A program made the translations under genes and the position numbers. 64,000 bases of DNA from Octopus vulgaris (taxonomy: Eukaryota): NCBI GenBank assembly GCA_951406725.2, contig OX597818.1:103664001-103728000 (forward strand), read 5' to 3'. Below the pieces are notes generated by a model. That model did no database searches. It had not been told where the DNA came from and saw only the letters and a program-made list of their open reading frames with translations. Each line of letters starts with the position of its first letter. Within the stretch, counting starts at the first letter, position 1. Below are positions 39,412-54,971 of the stretch, in pieces.

Positions 39412-40772
39412 AATTAGCAATAGTTAATTTAGATAAGATACGAAACGGAGAGTGAGGTGGAGGAATGAAAATAGATGTGAGATATGCAGGGAAGTTGTAT
39501 TTGTAGATCCATTATTTAGGCAGAATGGTATACATACAAGATTCCAATATGAGTAAAATCTAATAGTATTTAAAGTATAGGGTTTATATACAGTGTTATT
39601 GAATCAAGGAATTTATTTAAAGTGACCTAAAAGTAGGGAATGTATTAGTAAGGTCAAATCGAAAACGAGGAAGAAAGGAATAAAGATAGAATAAAAAAAG
39701 AAAAAAAGAGAAAAAAGAGAAAAGAAAGAGAAAAAAGTATGGAAGAGAGGAATGAAGAAAAGAAAGAAAAAAGAAGAAGGAAAACAAGGATAGAGATAGT
39801 AAGGGAATACACCTTCACTTTTATATACCGATGCACACTTTTGCATGCATATATACCTAGGTTAATACCTTCGCACACATCCATATGCTGAATACTATGT
39901 ACCCCATATGTATAGTGCTTTATGAACTATTTGGGCTTTTCTATGGGTGCCAGATGTAAGAAAGCTGCTGAAATACTTCTATATTGATCATGCCTTGAGT
40001 GCATGGCAAAAAACATAGCTGCGTATGAGTAAATAGTTAATTGCGAGGTCGTACGATTCAGTATTAATATACAAATATATGATGTGCTAACATGTATTTT
40101 GTTGTATTTTAAGGTTTATATACTGAGGTGTTCTAACAGCTGCGAGCATGCGACCTCATAGCGCTTTGATGTATAGGTTCTCGCATATATGGAATGAAAA
40201 CAATCAGTTAAACTTTATTCTGTAACAGGAAATAATTGCTGTCAAGATGAAAAAGAGAAATACTACAGATCTTGATACCGCAAGTTAATTTCTTATTTAA
40301 ATATAATTACCTAAATGTCGTAATATAAAAGCTAATCATGCAGCTAGTTTAATTACCTAATAATTCACTCGATAGTATTAATTATATTACAACTGCACTC
40401 AATTGCTAATTTCAAGCAAAATCTTGATATTCAGGAAACAAAAAAAAAATATAATTGTAAAAAAAAATGAAAAAAAAAAAGATCGAAAGCCAACGAAAGA
40501 CGCAGAAGCAAAAGATAAAAACAATATTTAAAATTAATCAACAAATGATCTAATTATTTAATCTGTTTGTAAATTGAAATAATGCTGGTCTGTCTTCCAT
40601 TTTTCAAAATACTTTCACTAATAAATATCGTTAGTAAGTTTTCATTTTTTTCTTACAATTATTGCGCATTTGATCTTTTATACTATTCCGGGTCTTCAAA
40701 GGTTGTCTTCTGATTCTACGAAAAGTGTAATAAATATCTAAGTTCCGTTAAGTATACGTGTATATATATGTG

Positions 40773-40835
<63 letters not shown>

Positions 40836-40967
40836 TCATATATATATATATGTATATATATATATATGCATATATATATATATATATGTGTTCATATGCA
40901 TATATATATGCATATATATATATGTATATAAGAATATATACTTACATATCTGCATATATATGTACAT

Positions 40968-41006
<39 letters not shown>

Positions 41007-41301
41007 CAGAGGTATATATATGTGTATGTGTGTGTGTGTGTGTACATGTGTGTGCGAGCGCGTGTACCACGAATGTCTCCGAAAATTTAATTTGAAATGA
41101 CATATGATTTAAATATATATTTCTGACTTCGGGTGGCCTATATATACTGCTTAATTAGCAAAATTTTTCAAAGCTAAATGCAGAATTTGATACATAGATT
41201 AGTGGTGAGATTTCTGTGTGTAATTGAATATATGTATGCGTATGTATGCGAGTGTGCGTGTGCCTGTCTTGCTCTCTCTCTCTCTCTCTCTCTCTCTCCC
41301 C

Positions 41302-41350
<49 letters not shown>

Positions 41351-41689
41351 TGGATAGATAGATAGATTGATAGATAGATAGATACATACTTACATACAAA
41401 GACATAGATATAAATATATAGATATATATATAGATACGTACATAAACACACATATATACATATGTATGTAGGTATGTAGGTAGGTAGTTACTACGTACCT
41501 ATAACAAAATATTAGAATGTATTTATGTATGTACCTACTCAAGATTAAAGCCTCACTAAATCTCTATTGCAAAAAACAATATAGTGCTGTACACAGTTTG
41601 AGGGAGAGTGCGTTTCATGTGTATTACGCACATTTCTATGAATAAAATTCATGAGAATCACTCTTATTACTAAGAGCCTCCTCTAATAT

Positions 41690-43035
41690 GTGGCACTTGG
41701 TGAAGCATAGAGTTTGATATAGCTACTCTCTTTTGCACCTCCTGCAGTGAGGTCGGTTCATCTGGGACTCTCGACAGGAAGAGGTCCAGCTTTGATTTAA
41801 AAACCCCTACATCTACTTCTTGCAAGTTCCTCAGACTCTTTGGGAGAATATTAAAAAGTTGTGGGCCCTTGAAACGAGTTGCAGTAACTCGTCCTGAAAC
41901 GTGATGGCATTGCTGGGACCTTTGCCACTATGCAGTGTCGTCCCGTTCTGGCATTGGTGTAGCTTTCAATGCCAAAATTTGGCACAATTCCTTCCAGATA
42001 TATATTACTGCATACTTCTCCAGTCTTCTCTCCAGGGAGTAGAGTCTTAGTTGTTTCAACCTTTCCCAGTAGCTGAGCTGTGGCAGAGAGACGATCTTCT
42101 TTGTTAATCTTCTCTGGATTGTTTCAAGGTCCGCTGTTAATTTCACACTAGTGGGTAACCATAGCTGTGAGCAGTAATCCAGGTGGCTGAGGACGGATGT
42201 CCGCCAGATGACCATCAGGGCTTCCTTATCTCTGGTTCTGAATGTTCTTAGGATCCATCCAACCAGTCGTATCCTGGTAATATGCGCTTGGAAAGAGGTA
42301 TCATTACTCATGTCGATACCCAGGTCCCTCACTGACATCCCTGTGGACCGGTGTAGCCTGTAAGATTCATATTCAGTTTTGGATGCTGGTAGCGCAGGGT
42401 TTGGAATTTATCAGCATTAAACTGCATATTATTATCCTCAGCCCATCTGTAAATCTGCAGGTCTGCAACATCGTTGGGGTTCTGTATTTTCTGCGTGACT
42501 TTCGCATCATCTGCATAGCTTGCAAGCGTGGCTATACGGGCATACCTTAGAGGGCCACTATAAAAAGCAGCGGTCCCAAGGCAGTGCCCTATATAACATT
42601 CTCACTATTTGTGTGTCCATAGAAGTGACTCTATTAGCCACTGCTGCCTCACTCCTATCTTTCAGGAAGTCATGTAACCACTCTCCAAGTTTTCCAGCTA
42701 TGCCAAGGTCACGCAGTTTGAGGCATATCATACTATGATCCACCTTGTCAAAAGCTTTTGCAAAATCAAGGTATATTATGCCCTCATTTGATGGCTAGTA
42801 TTATATCTTCTTCGTTAATGTCGATGTATTCCATTGTAACCGCCTAACTGGTTATAGGTGAGGGGGCAAAGAAGACCACTGGTTCGTTCACTTGTCTGTG
42901 TTCCAACGGGTTGGTAAAGAGACTTTTGAACTGGTCATTCAGTATCTCACTGATCTTAGTTGGACTGTCTGTGAAGGAGCCATCCTTTGGAGGGGGATCC
43001 TATCTTGTAGTTTACTGAGGCTGTTTTTTTCGCGT
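41690..43035 (-). mobile_element. Older, deleted CR1-clade LINE fragment
   Basis: ORFs 41928..42338 (VRDLGIDMS..GWILRTFRTRD..HLDYCSQLW..SYWERLKQLRLYSLERR) and 42558..42743 (LRDLGIAGKLGEWLHDFLKDRS). YLDFAKAFDKVDH and YADDAK are also visible. Confidence 0.88.
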
Positions 43036-43937
43036 AATGAAATGTAGTGATTAATATAAATGTTCGTATCTTCCATCTACCGTATCTCATTAACAAAATG
43101 TATACTTACACCGGTATAGATGAGTGTAAATGTGCGCCTATGTCTGTATGAGTGTGCGTATGGAGGATGGAGGATTTCAAAATGCACCCACACATTCTTA
43201 CATACACTTATACGTACACGATATTTATGCGTATTCACGTCTATGAACACGCGCACACATGATATACGGACACGTATATATGCTGAGTGTTTGTGTGTCT
43301 CTGTGTGTCTATGTGTGTGTCTGCACGTTTGCGTTTATAAAAGTGTGTCTGTTTTTGTGTTCATAATGACGTAATTAAAACGTGTGAATATAACGGAAAC
43401 GTTAATGCCGAGTGTAATAGTATACTCAATTTAGAATTATTATTTACACACAATTGATATATTTTATACTTAGTTTTGAAATCTATTAGAAGTCTCAATG
43501 TCTGTATTTTTGAGCGTCTCACAAGATTTATTTTGAATGACTAATGATCTTTATATGTGGCGCATGTACCAAAATTATTTGCTGTTTGAAACTGAAACTA
43601 ATTGGATGGCAGGAAGGCAGCAACATTTTCTCTCTCCCTCTCGCCTTCTCTCTATCTTATACACACATACATAGACACAAATACATACACACACTCACAT
43701 TCACACACACATATACACAGATATGCATCGCACTAAGTACAAACCCGTCTACCTTTCTACTTACATGCGTAGATATATAATGATATAAATATATGAGTGT
43801 GTGTGTGTGTGAGAGAGAGGGAGTGTGTGTATGTGTGCATGTATGTATAAAAGATTATATACATATTCTTATACATACACAGACACACATACACACGCAT
43901 ATATATGTATATGTGTATATATATATATACATATATA

Positions 43938-43995
<58 letters not shown>

Positions 43996-46479
43996 TATAT
44001 AGATATATAGATATATATATATATATATACATATACACGTAGACTCGGAAGCAAGCATTTCATGAAATGGTTTTAGATTCATAAGGTGCGGTAATTTTAT
44101 AAACGAACGCAAGAAACAAATATTAAAAGTGATCTTTTATCTGGACATCTGGTAAAAGTGCCTAATTATTTGTCATGAAATGTTGAAGAAAATGTCAGTA
44201 ATTTATGTATACGAATACAACTGAGATATAGAAGAACGAAGATCTGCTATAGATAAATCTTTTCACGGCGAGACAATTGTTCTAAAGATTAGGACGTGAT
44301 AAAAGCATTGGTAGTGTTTATGAATGCAAATTTGTTTCCACTAATTAAACATTAATAACACCATGAAAAATTAACCTATAACAAATGCGTCAATATAAAG
44401 GATGTCATTTAATGGGGAAGGCTGCCACTACAGTATGCTATGTCACTCTAATGCTGCCCTGTCAACCCATGGTGTCCGTGAATTTGTGATTACTATTAAA
44501 TGTTTAAGGGGAAAATATTTTTAGTTTTTGGAATGTTATCTACAAGGCATCCTATACTTCATTAATATTAATACGAAACCTAGATTAACGTGTATTGTGA
44601 TAACCGAAATTAGGAGTAAATAATTTCAAACGAGGAATATCAAATAGTTCTTGAAAATAAAGAAACGTTTGTTTACAAGCTTTCTGCAAAATTACTACTG
44701 AGTTTCCTAAAGATATAGCAGAAAATAGAAAAGAATTAAAGAGTACCAATATGGAGTTGAAAACCAGATAAAACAACAGTCCTAAATCTGAAGAAGGCTA
44801 TACATTTTGTGAAGATAATCGACACCTGTAAATGTATGCGTATAGTATATGTATGAGGAGCAGTTTATCACCCTAGATCAGAATTTTAAGAATCTGACGG
44901 AGGAAATCCAACATTAGGAAATAGGATCGGAACAACACTTTGCTGAGATACGGGAGGACAATCAATAAATGTCACAGAGCCATTTTGCAAGATATCACTT
45001 CATTTCTATAGAACAAAATGTGTTGTTAGAAAAAGGAGCTAAACGGAATGCATTGAAGCTAAAAATGAGATACATGTACTGCTCCTGTATTACACCAAAA
45101 TCGTAGTGTCAAAGGTGATATTCTTGTCGCTGTGACAGGAGAATTGAGGATATACAAGCATTTGGAACAGAGACGATCGTCGAATGCTGCATTTTAAAGA
45201 AAGAAACTAACCGCGTTTTGGGATGCATTATCGATCTTTACTAGAAATCCAGATAGAAATATTCTAGCTGTTTAGCATAACAGACCAGATACACGTATAC
45301 ACGCACTCCCAATCATGCACACACTATAAAGTAATATTCACGCAGTGAAAACTACCGACCAATTGCATGCTAGAATTTAATTTATACCTTATCTACAGCC
45401 TCTTGCCTAAGGTCACCGTGAACTTCAGAAAGCGCTGAGCAACACCAAATGAAAATAAAGCAAAAATCCAATAACACAGGAGGAGCGAAAATTAGCACTA
45501 TCTGGATTACAATAAGTAATTTGATTGCATTCTCCGCACATATATAATAGAAGCTTTTCAAGCGGAGCAATTTTCATAGATATTAATACTGATCTTATAT
45601 CTAAGAAATCATTTTATCGTGATGGGCACATATTGTTCTGATAGTACTGCATGATGTTTGTTTCTCCTTGCTGCTGTTGTTATTTCCAGTAAGCATCTTG
45701 CCTATTATTCAGGAATCCTGAAATAATCATAATTGTTTCAGAGAAGGTCAGTAATGCACAGCTTACTTCTGCAATACTTCAACGGTTATCCTAAGAACGG
45801 TTGTCAGAAGTAGATTTTGCTCGCATATCTTCGCGAAACGAAACAGCTTAAATCATTCCATTGAACGTCAAGGAAAAGAATGCAACAAACCAATATAGAA
45901 ACCCATGTATCAAGCCCGGGACTATTTCGTGACACCCGATGAGAACGCTACATGTACTTCAATACGGAAGGAAATATATGCCACAATCGGCTTGTAGTAG
46001 TGGAATATAACAACCGATAAACAGAGAGCGTTATCAGAACTCTCCTCATAATTCAGTGTTACACAGTGTGTAAGTTGTAACAGTGGTAATACCAAAATCC
46101 AGGCTACGTGATGAGATAATAGATAAGACCCGGACGATATATATCAAAACTCGAATACTATTGTAACCAGGCAAATAAGGAGGTCGTCGAAAACTATTCC
46201 CTGACTGATGAACAACGACACACACACAGATACGTTACATGGCGTAGTTGTAATATAAATTCCTATAAATACCATTATGCGTATCAGTAAAAGGAGAAGT
46301 TGGTGAATGTTATTCGAATGCTTCTGTGTGGCAGTAATACAAACAAACTCTGTTATGTATCTTAGTCCAAAAAATCAATATATTAACAGCCAGTTTCAAA
46401 TTTATGCATTTCCTATCCAGCAAGAGAAAGCTAGCAACTACAGACGAAATACCTGATGCATGATAAAGATAGTAGGCAG

Positions 46480-46535
<56 letters not shown>

Positions 46536-47829
46536 ATATATATATACATATATATATATATGTATGTATATGTATATGTATATATATATATATATAATAT
46601 GTGTATGTGTGTGTGCATATATCTATGTATGTATGTGTGTATGTATTATTCAAATTGGATTGTCGTTTCGGAGGGAACTTTTATAAAATATATTCATATA
46701 ATATATCATTTTGAAAGTCAGATTAATGCTAATGGCTTTTCTTTCATCGCTTACGGTATTTTTTTTTGTCAGGGTACACAGATCATTATATAAATAACAG
46801 AAAATTCAATCTTAAGGTTTTTAATGTTATAAATACAAAATGGAGCTCGAAGCATTCAGAATGTTCAGAATATAAACTCAGAGTTTTGACCAAGGGGTTG
46901 TCATCAAGCGTAAAACTTAATGTGTTTTGAAAAACAGTATTAATGACGACAAATGCTTATTCATTTAGAAATGTCTAGTAATTTTAAAATCGGACATTTC
47001 AATCTTAATGACCTCATATATAATAAATTTGTTTAAAGTAATATTTTGAATATGCAAATACAGCTGCTCTCCCTTTATTCCAGCCACCATCCAATGAGGT
47101 TAAATAGCGAACCAGTTTTAGGGGGCCGCATCAAGTTATACCGATATAATGTGGGATAAATATTATAACAACAACCATAATCCTAGGATAGAATTTATAA
47201 ACACTTAATGCATCGATACACGCGTTTCTACAAATAATAGGGACTTTAAGATCACAGTCCACATTGCAGGGATGATTACAATGTAATCCATAGTATCCGT
47301 GGACATCCGGTTCATCATCATTGATTGATTTCTTCAGACGATATAACGTTAGTGGACGAACAACCGTACATACATATAAACATGCTTACGAATACATATA
47401 TATGTGTATGGGCATGTGTGTGTGTTGTGTGTATATACATTCATATATAAGATACATAGATAAGTCTATATGTAAAAATAAGTAAATGTTTATATGAGGA
47501 AATAATTAATTCAGTTGTAAAAGTAACGAAACCCAATGAGGAGCCTGATATTATACCCAATTTAGATATACTATTTATCAACAATTGATTTCTATGCAGT
47601 TTTGAAATGTTCTAATAGAAATCTATGCGACTGTGCGCTTTATTATATGAGAACATTTATTTTCAATGTCTAATGATCTTATTTGGCATGCGTACCAAAA
47701 GTATTTGTTGTATAAAACAGAATCTAATTGGAATGCAGCATCAGCAAATACACATATGTACACACATGTGCAAATTTGTACACAAGACACATATATAAGT
47801 AATTGTAATGTTGTATATACACACACATA

Positions 47830-47924
<95 letters not shown>

Positions 47925-48296
47925 TATATATATATGTATATAAATATGCGTGTATATATATGTATATATATGTATGCATATATACATGCATATATATACA
48001 TATATACATATATATGCACATTTATATGCATATATATATACATATATATATAGATATATGTATATATATGTATGCATATATACATGCATATATATACATA
48101 TATACATATATACATACATACATATATATGCACATATATATGCATATATATATACATATATATATACATATATTCATTTGTATGTATGCATGCATGTATG
48201 TATTTATGTATGTATATGTGTATGTATGTATGTATTTATGTATGTATGTATGTATGTATGTATGTATGTATGTATGTATGTATGTATGTATGTATG

Positions 48297-48325
<29 letters not shown>
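47830..48325. repeat. Compound (TA)n/(TATG)n microsatellite
   Basis: Direct inspection. Confidence 0.9.
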
Positions 48326-48328
<3 letters not shown>

Positions 48329-48925
48329 CGTTCGTATGTTCTGAAGGACTTGCTTGGTCTCATAGTATTTTTCAGACTCAAAATTTAACACAGTTAGTTT
48401 GGCAGCTATTATATTCCGCTTTCCATAGGCTGGAGATTTGCAAGACAAAGGAGACCAATTATAGATTTGAATAAGTTATATCGGAAACACATATATTCCA
48501 ATTAAAGTATCAATCCAATTACACGAAAAATATATGATGATTTTTGAAGATATTTTCAATCAGAAATGGTACCCGAAACGTTTTAGAGAAATATAAACTA
48601 GTGAGAAATCTGTTTCTTTTAACATCATTTCGTTTTAAAAACTCTCGAATTGTTAACACCAGTAACCTTTTTCTGGTATATGAAAACTTAAAGAATTATA
48701 GTTACACATGCTTATGTTCAAATTTACTCACTCACATATATGCACATAAATCCACTTATATACGTGCATAAGTTTATTAACAGGGGTGGACGTATGGTTA
48801 AGAAGTTGCTCGGTCGGCAACTGTGTGCTTTCGAGTCAAGTGACAATATTCGATACCCGAGAAAGTGGTGGTCATGGTAGTGGTGGTGATAGGGAAGATG
48901 GTTTTGATGACACTGGTCTAGGGAA

Positions 48926-49245
48926 AGGATGTGGCTCAGTGGTTAGAGCGTCGGTGTCACAATCATGAGGTTCTGAGTTGACTCCTCGAACCGGGTTGTG
49001 TTGTATTATTGAGTAAGACACGTTATTCAATGTTGTTGCAGTTCACTCAGCTATAGAAATAACTTGCGAAGTCACTGGTTCCAAACTGTATTGGACTTTG
49101 CCTTTCCCTTGGACAAAATCGGAGGTGAGGAGAGGGAAGCTAGTATTTTGGGGCGAATGCTGGTCTTCCATAAAAAAAACTTTAGTTTCTGCCTCGAAAG
49201 GTAACATTTTAGATGCAATCTCATGGTCATTTATAACCGCAGGGT
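48926..49245 (+). mobile_element. SINE family D copy
   Basis: tRNA-like head GGATGTGGCTCAGTGGTTAGAGCGTCGG...GAGTTGACTCC followed by TTGAGTAAGACACG..CAGTTCACTCAGCT. Confidence 0.7.
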
Positions 49246-50112
49246 GTCAAAAAATATCTAGCTACTGTTCGGAATTGTACTGTTGGGCGTTGTTTATATC
49301 TCCCAGTTTTGCCTTGTGTGTGTGTCTATGTGTGTGTGTGTGCCTCTATTTCTTTCTTTTGGGATGGGGCTGGCAGTTTTCACTTCGTTTCGTTCATCTT
49401 TTTTCCAAATTTACTGTCTGTATTTTTAGTGTAGCCCCTGTCAACGTCGCCGGTGGATATCGTATTGCGATGTATATTTTCAGAATGATTGTCTTGCGCT
49501 GATGTCAAGTTGCTAATATAATTGTTTTAAGAGTTTTATTGCTGTTGCTGATGTTGGTATGTGTGACATACTGGCCCTTGACGGTTATCTTGCTTTTGTT
49601 GGTTTCAAGCTGTATTGGACATTCCCTTGGTCAAAATCGGTTGTGAGGAGAAGCGGGGCTGGTATGTACGGGCGACTGCTGGTCTTCCATAAACAACTTT
49701 GGTTTCTGCCTCGAAAGGTAACATTTTAGGTGCAATCTCATGGTCATTCATAACAGCATGGGGTCTAAAAAGATCTAGTTGCTGTTCGGAGTTGTACTGT
49801 TGGGATGTTTACATCTCGCAGTTTTGTCTTGTGTGTGTATGTGTATGTGAGTGTGTCTGTGTTTCTTTCTTTTGAAATGGGACAGGCACTTTTCGCTTCG
49901 TTTCGTTCATCTTTTTCCAATTTTACTGTCTCCATTTTTAGTGTAGCCCCTGTCAACGTCGCCGGTGGATATGGTATTGTGATGTATGTTTTCAGAATGA
50001 TTGTCTTGCGCTGATGTCAAGTTGTTAATATAGTTGTTTTAAGAGTTTTATTGCTGTTGCTCATGTTGGTGTCTGTGATATCCTGGCCGTTGACGGTTAT
50101 CTTGCTTTTGTT
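49077..50112 (+). repeat. Diverged tandem duplication with a unit of about 520 bp
   Basis: 49077-49600 is colinear with 49601-50112; for example GTGTAGCCCCTGTCAACGTCGCCGGTGGATAT occurs in both. Confidence 0.85.
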
Positions 50113-52271
50113 GTTGCGTCTTCGACTATTTTTGTTGCCGTTGTTCCTATGGTTGCAGTCGCTGGTGTTACTACTGTTTTCGCTGTTGCTGATTTTACAC
50201 TTGCTATCATTGAGACTGTTGGCGCTCGGCACTGCTGCTGTGCTATTTTTGTTGTTCGTATTGTTGCTCCTGTGATGATGGTCTCGAAATAAGTGGTCTC
50301 CTTTCTCACCTTGTTTGCTGCTGGGAACATAAAATCATGAGATGGTTTGTGTTATCACACAAGTCTCACGAGATGACACCTGTATGATGAAACAATGTTG
50401 TGTTATGCCGTTTAGTAGATTCATCAAGACCGGAATGGATAAAACGATTTGGTGATCCGTTTGGATCAATAGCTCCAATCCTTTGTTTGTCAGTTCTGCT
50501 TCTCCAACGTCTGGATCTGAAGAATATTAGTTTTCTCTCTATATCAGTTATATCATTAAAATGTTGCATTATTATAACGCCCACATTGGGTATCACAACA
50601 TAGTTATTAGCTCAGTAACACACGACTATCAACACAGTCTGACACGTGCTCCCCTATACAGGCCGGCGAAACCTTATTATAGTCATTCTACTCCACCCGT
50701 GGGAGAGGTGTGCCATTATTGCGAATTCCCTCAAGATCAAGGCAGACAGACGCAAACAAGCAGCAGGTATTTTGTTTCTAGAGACACCTTAACTGTTTTT
50801 GTTTTGTTTTTATTTTCACTCCACTACGACCAAAATATTTTGATAAGAGGACAAGTTAGTATCTCTTTGAAACTGTTATGACACTTCGTGGTCTTGCTAG
50901 GGGGTACTTCTTCTCTGGACACTTATGTTTTGGTGCCTCCGAATAATCTCTGGTACTTTTTAATTTGCACTTCACCTCTATAATTTATTGCAAAATATTT
51001 GTATAAGACATTTTCGTTATAGGATGCATACAGGCATGTTGAGTGCAACATTCGTTTTGGCTTCGTACATTAACGCAGCTTTTAATTCTTTGAATTATCA
51101 GGTGGCTGTTTATTTTTGTCTCTATTTTTTTTTTTAAAGATTCGGTGGAACTTGCGACCAAACCCCGAATTTTTATTTTTATTTGCATTGGCGTTATTTG
51201 TTTGTGCTGGTGGCAGCAGCCATGGAATATTCAAGTGTGTTAACACAACAGTTTGACTTTTTTTTTTTGCTTTCCTATTCTTCATGTTCGGTTTTTTTTC
51301 GCGTTCGATATCCTTTTTGTTCTTATATTCCTTGTTATTCATTTTGTTTTCGTTCATATTTTTCTTGTTTCTGTTGTTACATGTGTTGGATCTGCTGTTT
51401 AAATCAATGAGGTTGATAGCAAGGTTAGGACATAATATGAAAGTTGGGAACGCAGAGTCAAAACAGATCTTCCAATCATTGGTCTCACCCTCCTGACTAT
51501 TTGCCGAAAATTTAGACTCAATGATTCCAAGGCAGATGTAATAAAAGGAAACAAATTTGACAGACCCAACTTTTGTCAGGAGATGCGGGTTAGCTAATCG
51601 ACAAGATACTAAAGCAAAACCCCAAAATAATATACTTTAAAACAGCAAACTTCGACAACTTAGGAACTCCAAAACGACATACATCTCTGCTGCTATTATT
51701 TTCAGTAAACATCTGGCCTTTTATTCAGGAATCCTGAAATAAGCATAATTGTTTCTGAGAAGGTCTGTAACGCATAGCTTACTTCTGCAAGACTTCAACG
51801 TTTATCCTAAGAACGGTTGTCAGGAGTTGCAACAATAATAATAATTATTATTATTTCTGCTATAGACACACGACTTTGAAATTACAGTGAAAGGGATCTG
51901 GTCGATCACATCGACCCTTGTGTGGAACCATTGTTTTTATTGAGTTCAAAAGAATGATAGGTTCAGTCAACCATGTCTGACACTAAACATAGAGCGTAAA
52001 AATGGACGATATACCGCTAAGCTTTTTAAATTATACGTACCTAATACCTGCGATTTATTACGGATTTCAATATAGTACAAGTCAAGTAGGGTGTGTTATA
52101 CTAGACTTTCTGTCTCTCTTCTCTCTTTTCTCTACGATAGGAATCTCAAATATAACGAATAATAAGAAATATGTCAAATCTGTCAATGAACGCGGAGCTT
52201 TCTTTCACATTGTATTGCATTTCTCTTCGATAGAATTGTTCATGCTTAATTTTCGAATCCCAACAATTTTC

Positions 52272-53060
52272 ACATCGTCATCATCATCATCATCGTCGTC
52301 GTCGTTGTCGTCGTCTTCATCATCATCATCGTCGTCGTCACCGTCATTATCATCACCATCAGCGCCACCAACACTACCACCACCACCAGCACCACCACCA
52401 CCATCATCGTTATTACAGTTGTTGTTATAGCAATCATCATCATCATTATTATAATTATTATTATTTTATTATTATTATTATTATTGTTGTTGTTGTTGTT
52501 ATTATCGCTATATTTTTATATTGCGTTCTTTTGCCGATATCACTAATCTCATCAAGTCAACATTATCATTGACATCATCCTTACTACCTCCACTACACCC
52601 ATACATCCACCCATCTTCCTCCTCCTTCACCTCCTCATCATCATCACCATCACCATAATCATCATTACCGCCATCGTCGTCGTTGTCGTAATCATCATTT
52701 TGATCATCTTCACTACCACCATCATCATCACCGTCATCATTACCATCATCAATACCACCATCCTCCCCTCCTAATCATCATCATCGCCATCACTATCACT
52801 ATCATCAGCAGCAGCTGAAGCACCTCCGGCACCAGCATCATCATCATTATCATTATCATCATCCTGGTCACCACCACCACAGCCACCACCATCAACATTA
52901 TCATTATCGCCATCACTATCATCATCATCATCATCATCACCATCATCCTTATCCCCACCACCACCATCATCATCATCATCATCATCACCACCATCAACAT
53001 CATCATCATCATCATCATCATCAGTACCATCATCATCATCATCAATAGCATTATCAATGT
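52272..53060. repeat. Degenerate (CAT)n/(CAC)n triplet repeat field
   Basis: Direct inspection. It produces poly-D, poly-M and poly-S pseudo-ORFs. Confidence 0.9.
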
Positions 53061-53597
53061 TATTTATCATATTTGTTATCTGTGTGTTTCAGTGTAGTTG
53101 TTGACAACTACAAAATAAATGTTACATTTATTGCTCTCAGGCCTAAAGACTTGAGATTCAAAGATATTTTTAAAATTCTCGAAAATTTAAAAACCAAAAA
53201 AAAAGAAAAAGAAATTCTGATTTTTATGGAATGCACATTGCAACATTTGGCGTTAGTATTAGATTATATTTCTAGTTTGGAAGAGAATGGGTATTCTTAA
53301 TTATATTGAAAAGTTTCTGCTGAAGTCATTAACATGATATTGCTGCAGAAGCAGCTGCTACTGGTACTACTACTGCATTCATTGCCCATACAACTCTTGG
53401 TGTTACCTGAGTATCAAAATAGTAATATTTATAAAATAACAGCAACATAACAACAACAACATAATAATAATAATGATGGTGATAATGATGATAATAATAA
53501 TGATGATGATGATAATAATAATAACAATAAGAATAATATGTTACTTGACAGATGACTAAAGACTCCAGTCCATTTCTACCTATACTGAGTTACGTAG

Positions 53598-53691
<94 letters not shown>

Positions 53692-53731
53692 AAGAAGAAG
53701 AAGAAGAAGAAGAAGACGACGACGACGACTG

Positions 53732-53771
<40 letters not shown>

Positions 53772-54320
53772 GTTGCCCCGATGCAGTACCAAACAGTGGC
53801 TCTCATGGATTCTGATCTTAACTGATTGGAATGTACATTGTTTCGTCGTGGTATAAAAGATGGGCTACAGCAAATATTCTGCTCAATACCAGAGATTTGC
53901 TTGTCAGTTGTTTGACCTTAACCAGTTGACCATGCCCCTTAGTGGCTGACGATATGTGCATCTCTGATCACGAGCAGAAGTAGTGGAGGAGCATGATAGC
54001 TCTGTGTTGAAAGGAATTTTTGGAGGTTTGAATAATTCACCTCTGGAAAAATGCGTGGTTCGTTCAACATCCTTAAACAATCCTTATTCAGAGACCTTTT
54101 GAGCGGGATGGGTTACTCGACCAGAAGAAAATTCTAACTGTGCACCACCTACAATGTCCTGCGATGTTTATTTTCATATGAGATCACCATGTCGTGCACA
54201 TATGGTCGTGATGCACGTGCCTTGTGTACCCTTATCAGTCGGGTAGTCATGATGGGTATACTGGGCTTCGTATATTTTACCCCAGTATCACTTTGATGAC
54301 ATACACTGCTCTCCCACTCA
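53772..54320 (+). mobile_element. Non-coding interspersed element embedded in (AAT)n arrays
   Basis: About 550 bp of higher-GC sequence bounded on both sides by (AAT)n within (AAT)n(AAG)n compound repeats. Confidence 0.5.
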
Positions 54321-54332
54321 ATAATAATAATG

Positions 54333-54391
<59 letters not shown>

Positions 54392-54904
54392 AAGAAGAAG
54401 AACAAGAAGAACAAGAACAAGAAGAAGAACAAGAAGAAGAACAAGAAGAAGAACAAGAACAAGAACAAGAACAAGAACAAGAACAAGAAGAACAAGAAGA
54501 AGAACAAGAAGAAGAAGGAGAAGGAGAAGAAGAAGAATACTGTTAAGAGTGACTACGTCGTTGTTTATGTTGAATGTTTCTTTCTTTTTAGATATTATTG
54601 TTTCTGTTTCCTATTCCTTTTTTTCATTTGAGCCAGTTTGTATTTTATAGGTGTATCAAACAAATCATTGTGAATCTTTAACACTTGAAGCAAATTTCTA
54701 TTAACAAGAATTTTTTTATTTTTTTGAATTGAAACAAATTTCTACGAAGACGTTTGTTTGTTTTATACGTTTTCTTAATTAACGTTTTCTTGCTTTATCA
54801 TTTGGACAATATGGAGGTGAATAACCTCTAAGGGAAACTTTGAAGAGATGCAAACGTCCACAGCATACAAAAACAACAGCAACAGCAGCTGTAGCAGCAG
54901 TAAC

Positions 54905-54971
<67 letters not shown>

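Noticed and set aside
50366-50881. Non-repetitive ORFs on both strands
   Set aside because: They have no recognisable motif or convincing splice sites.
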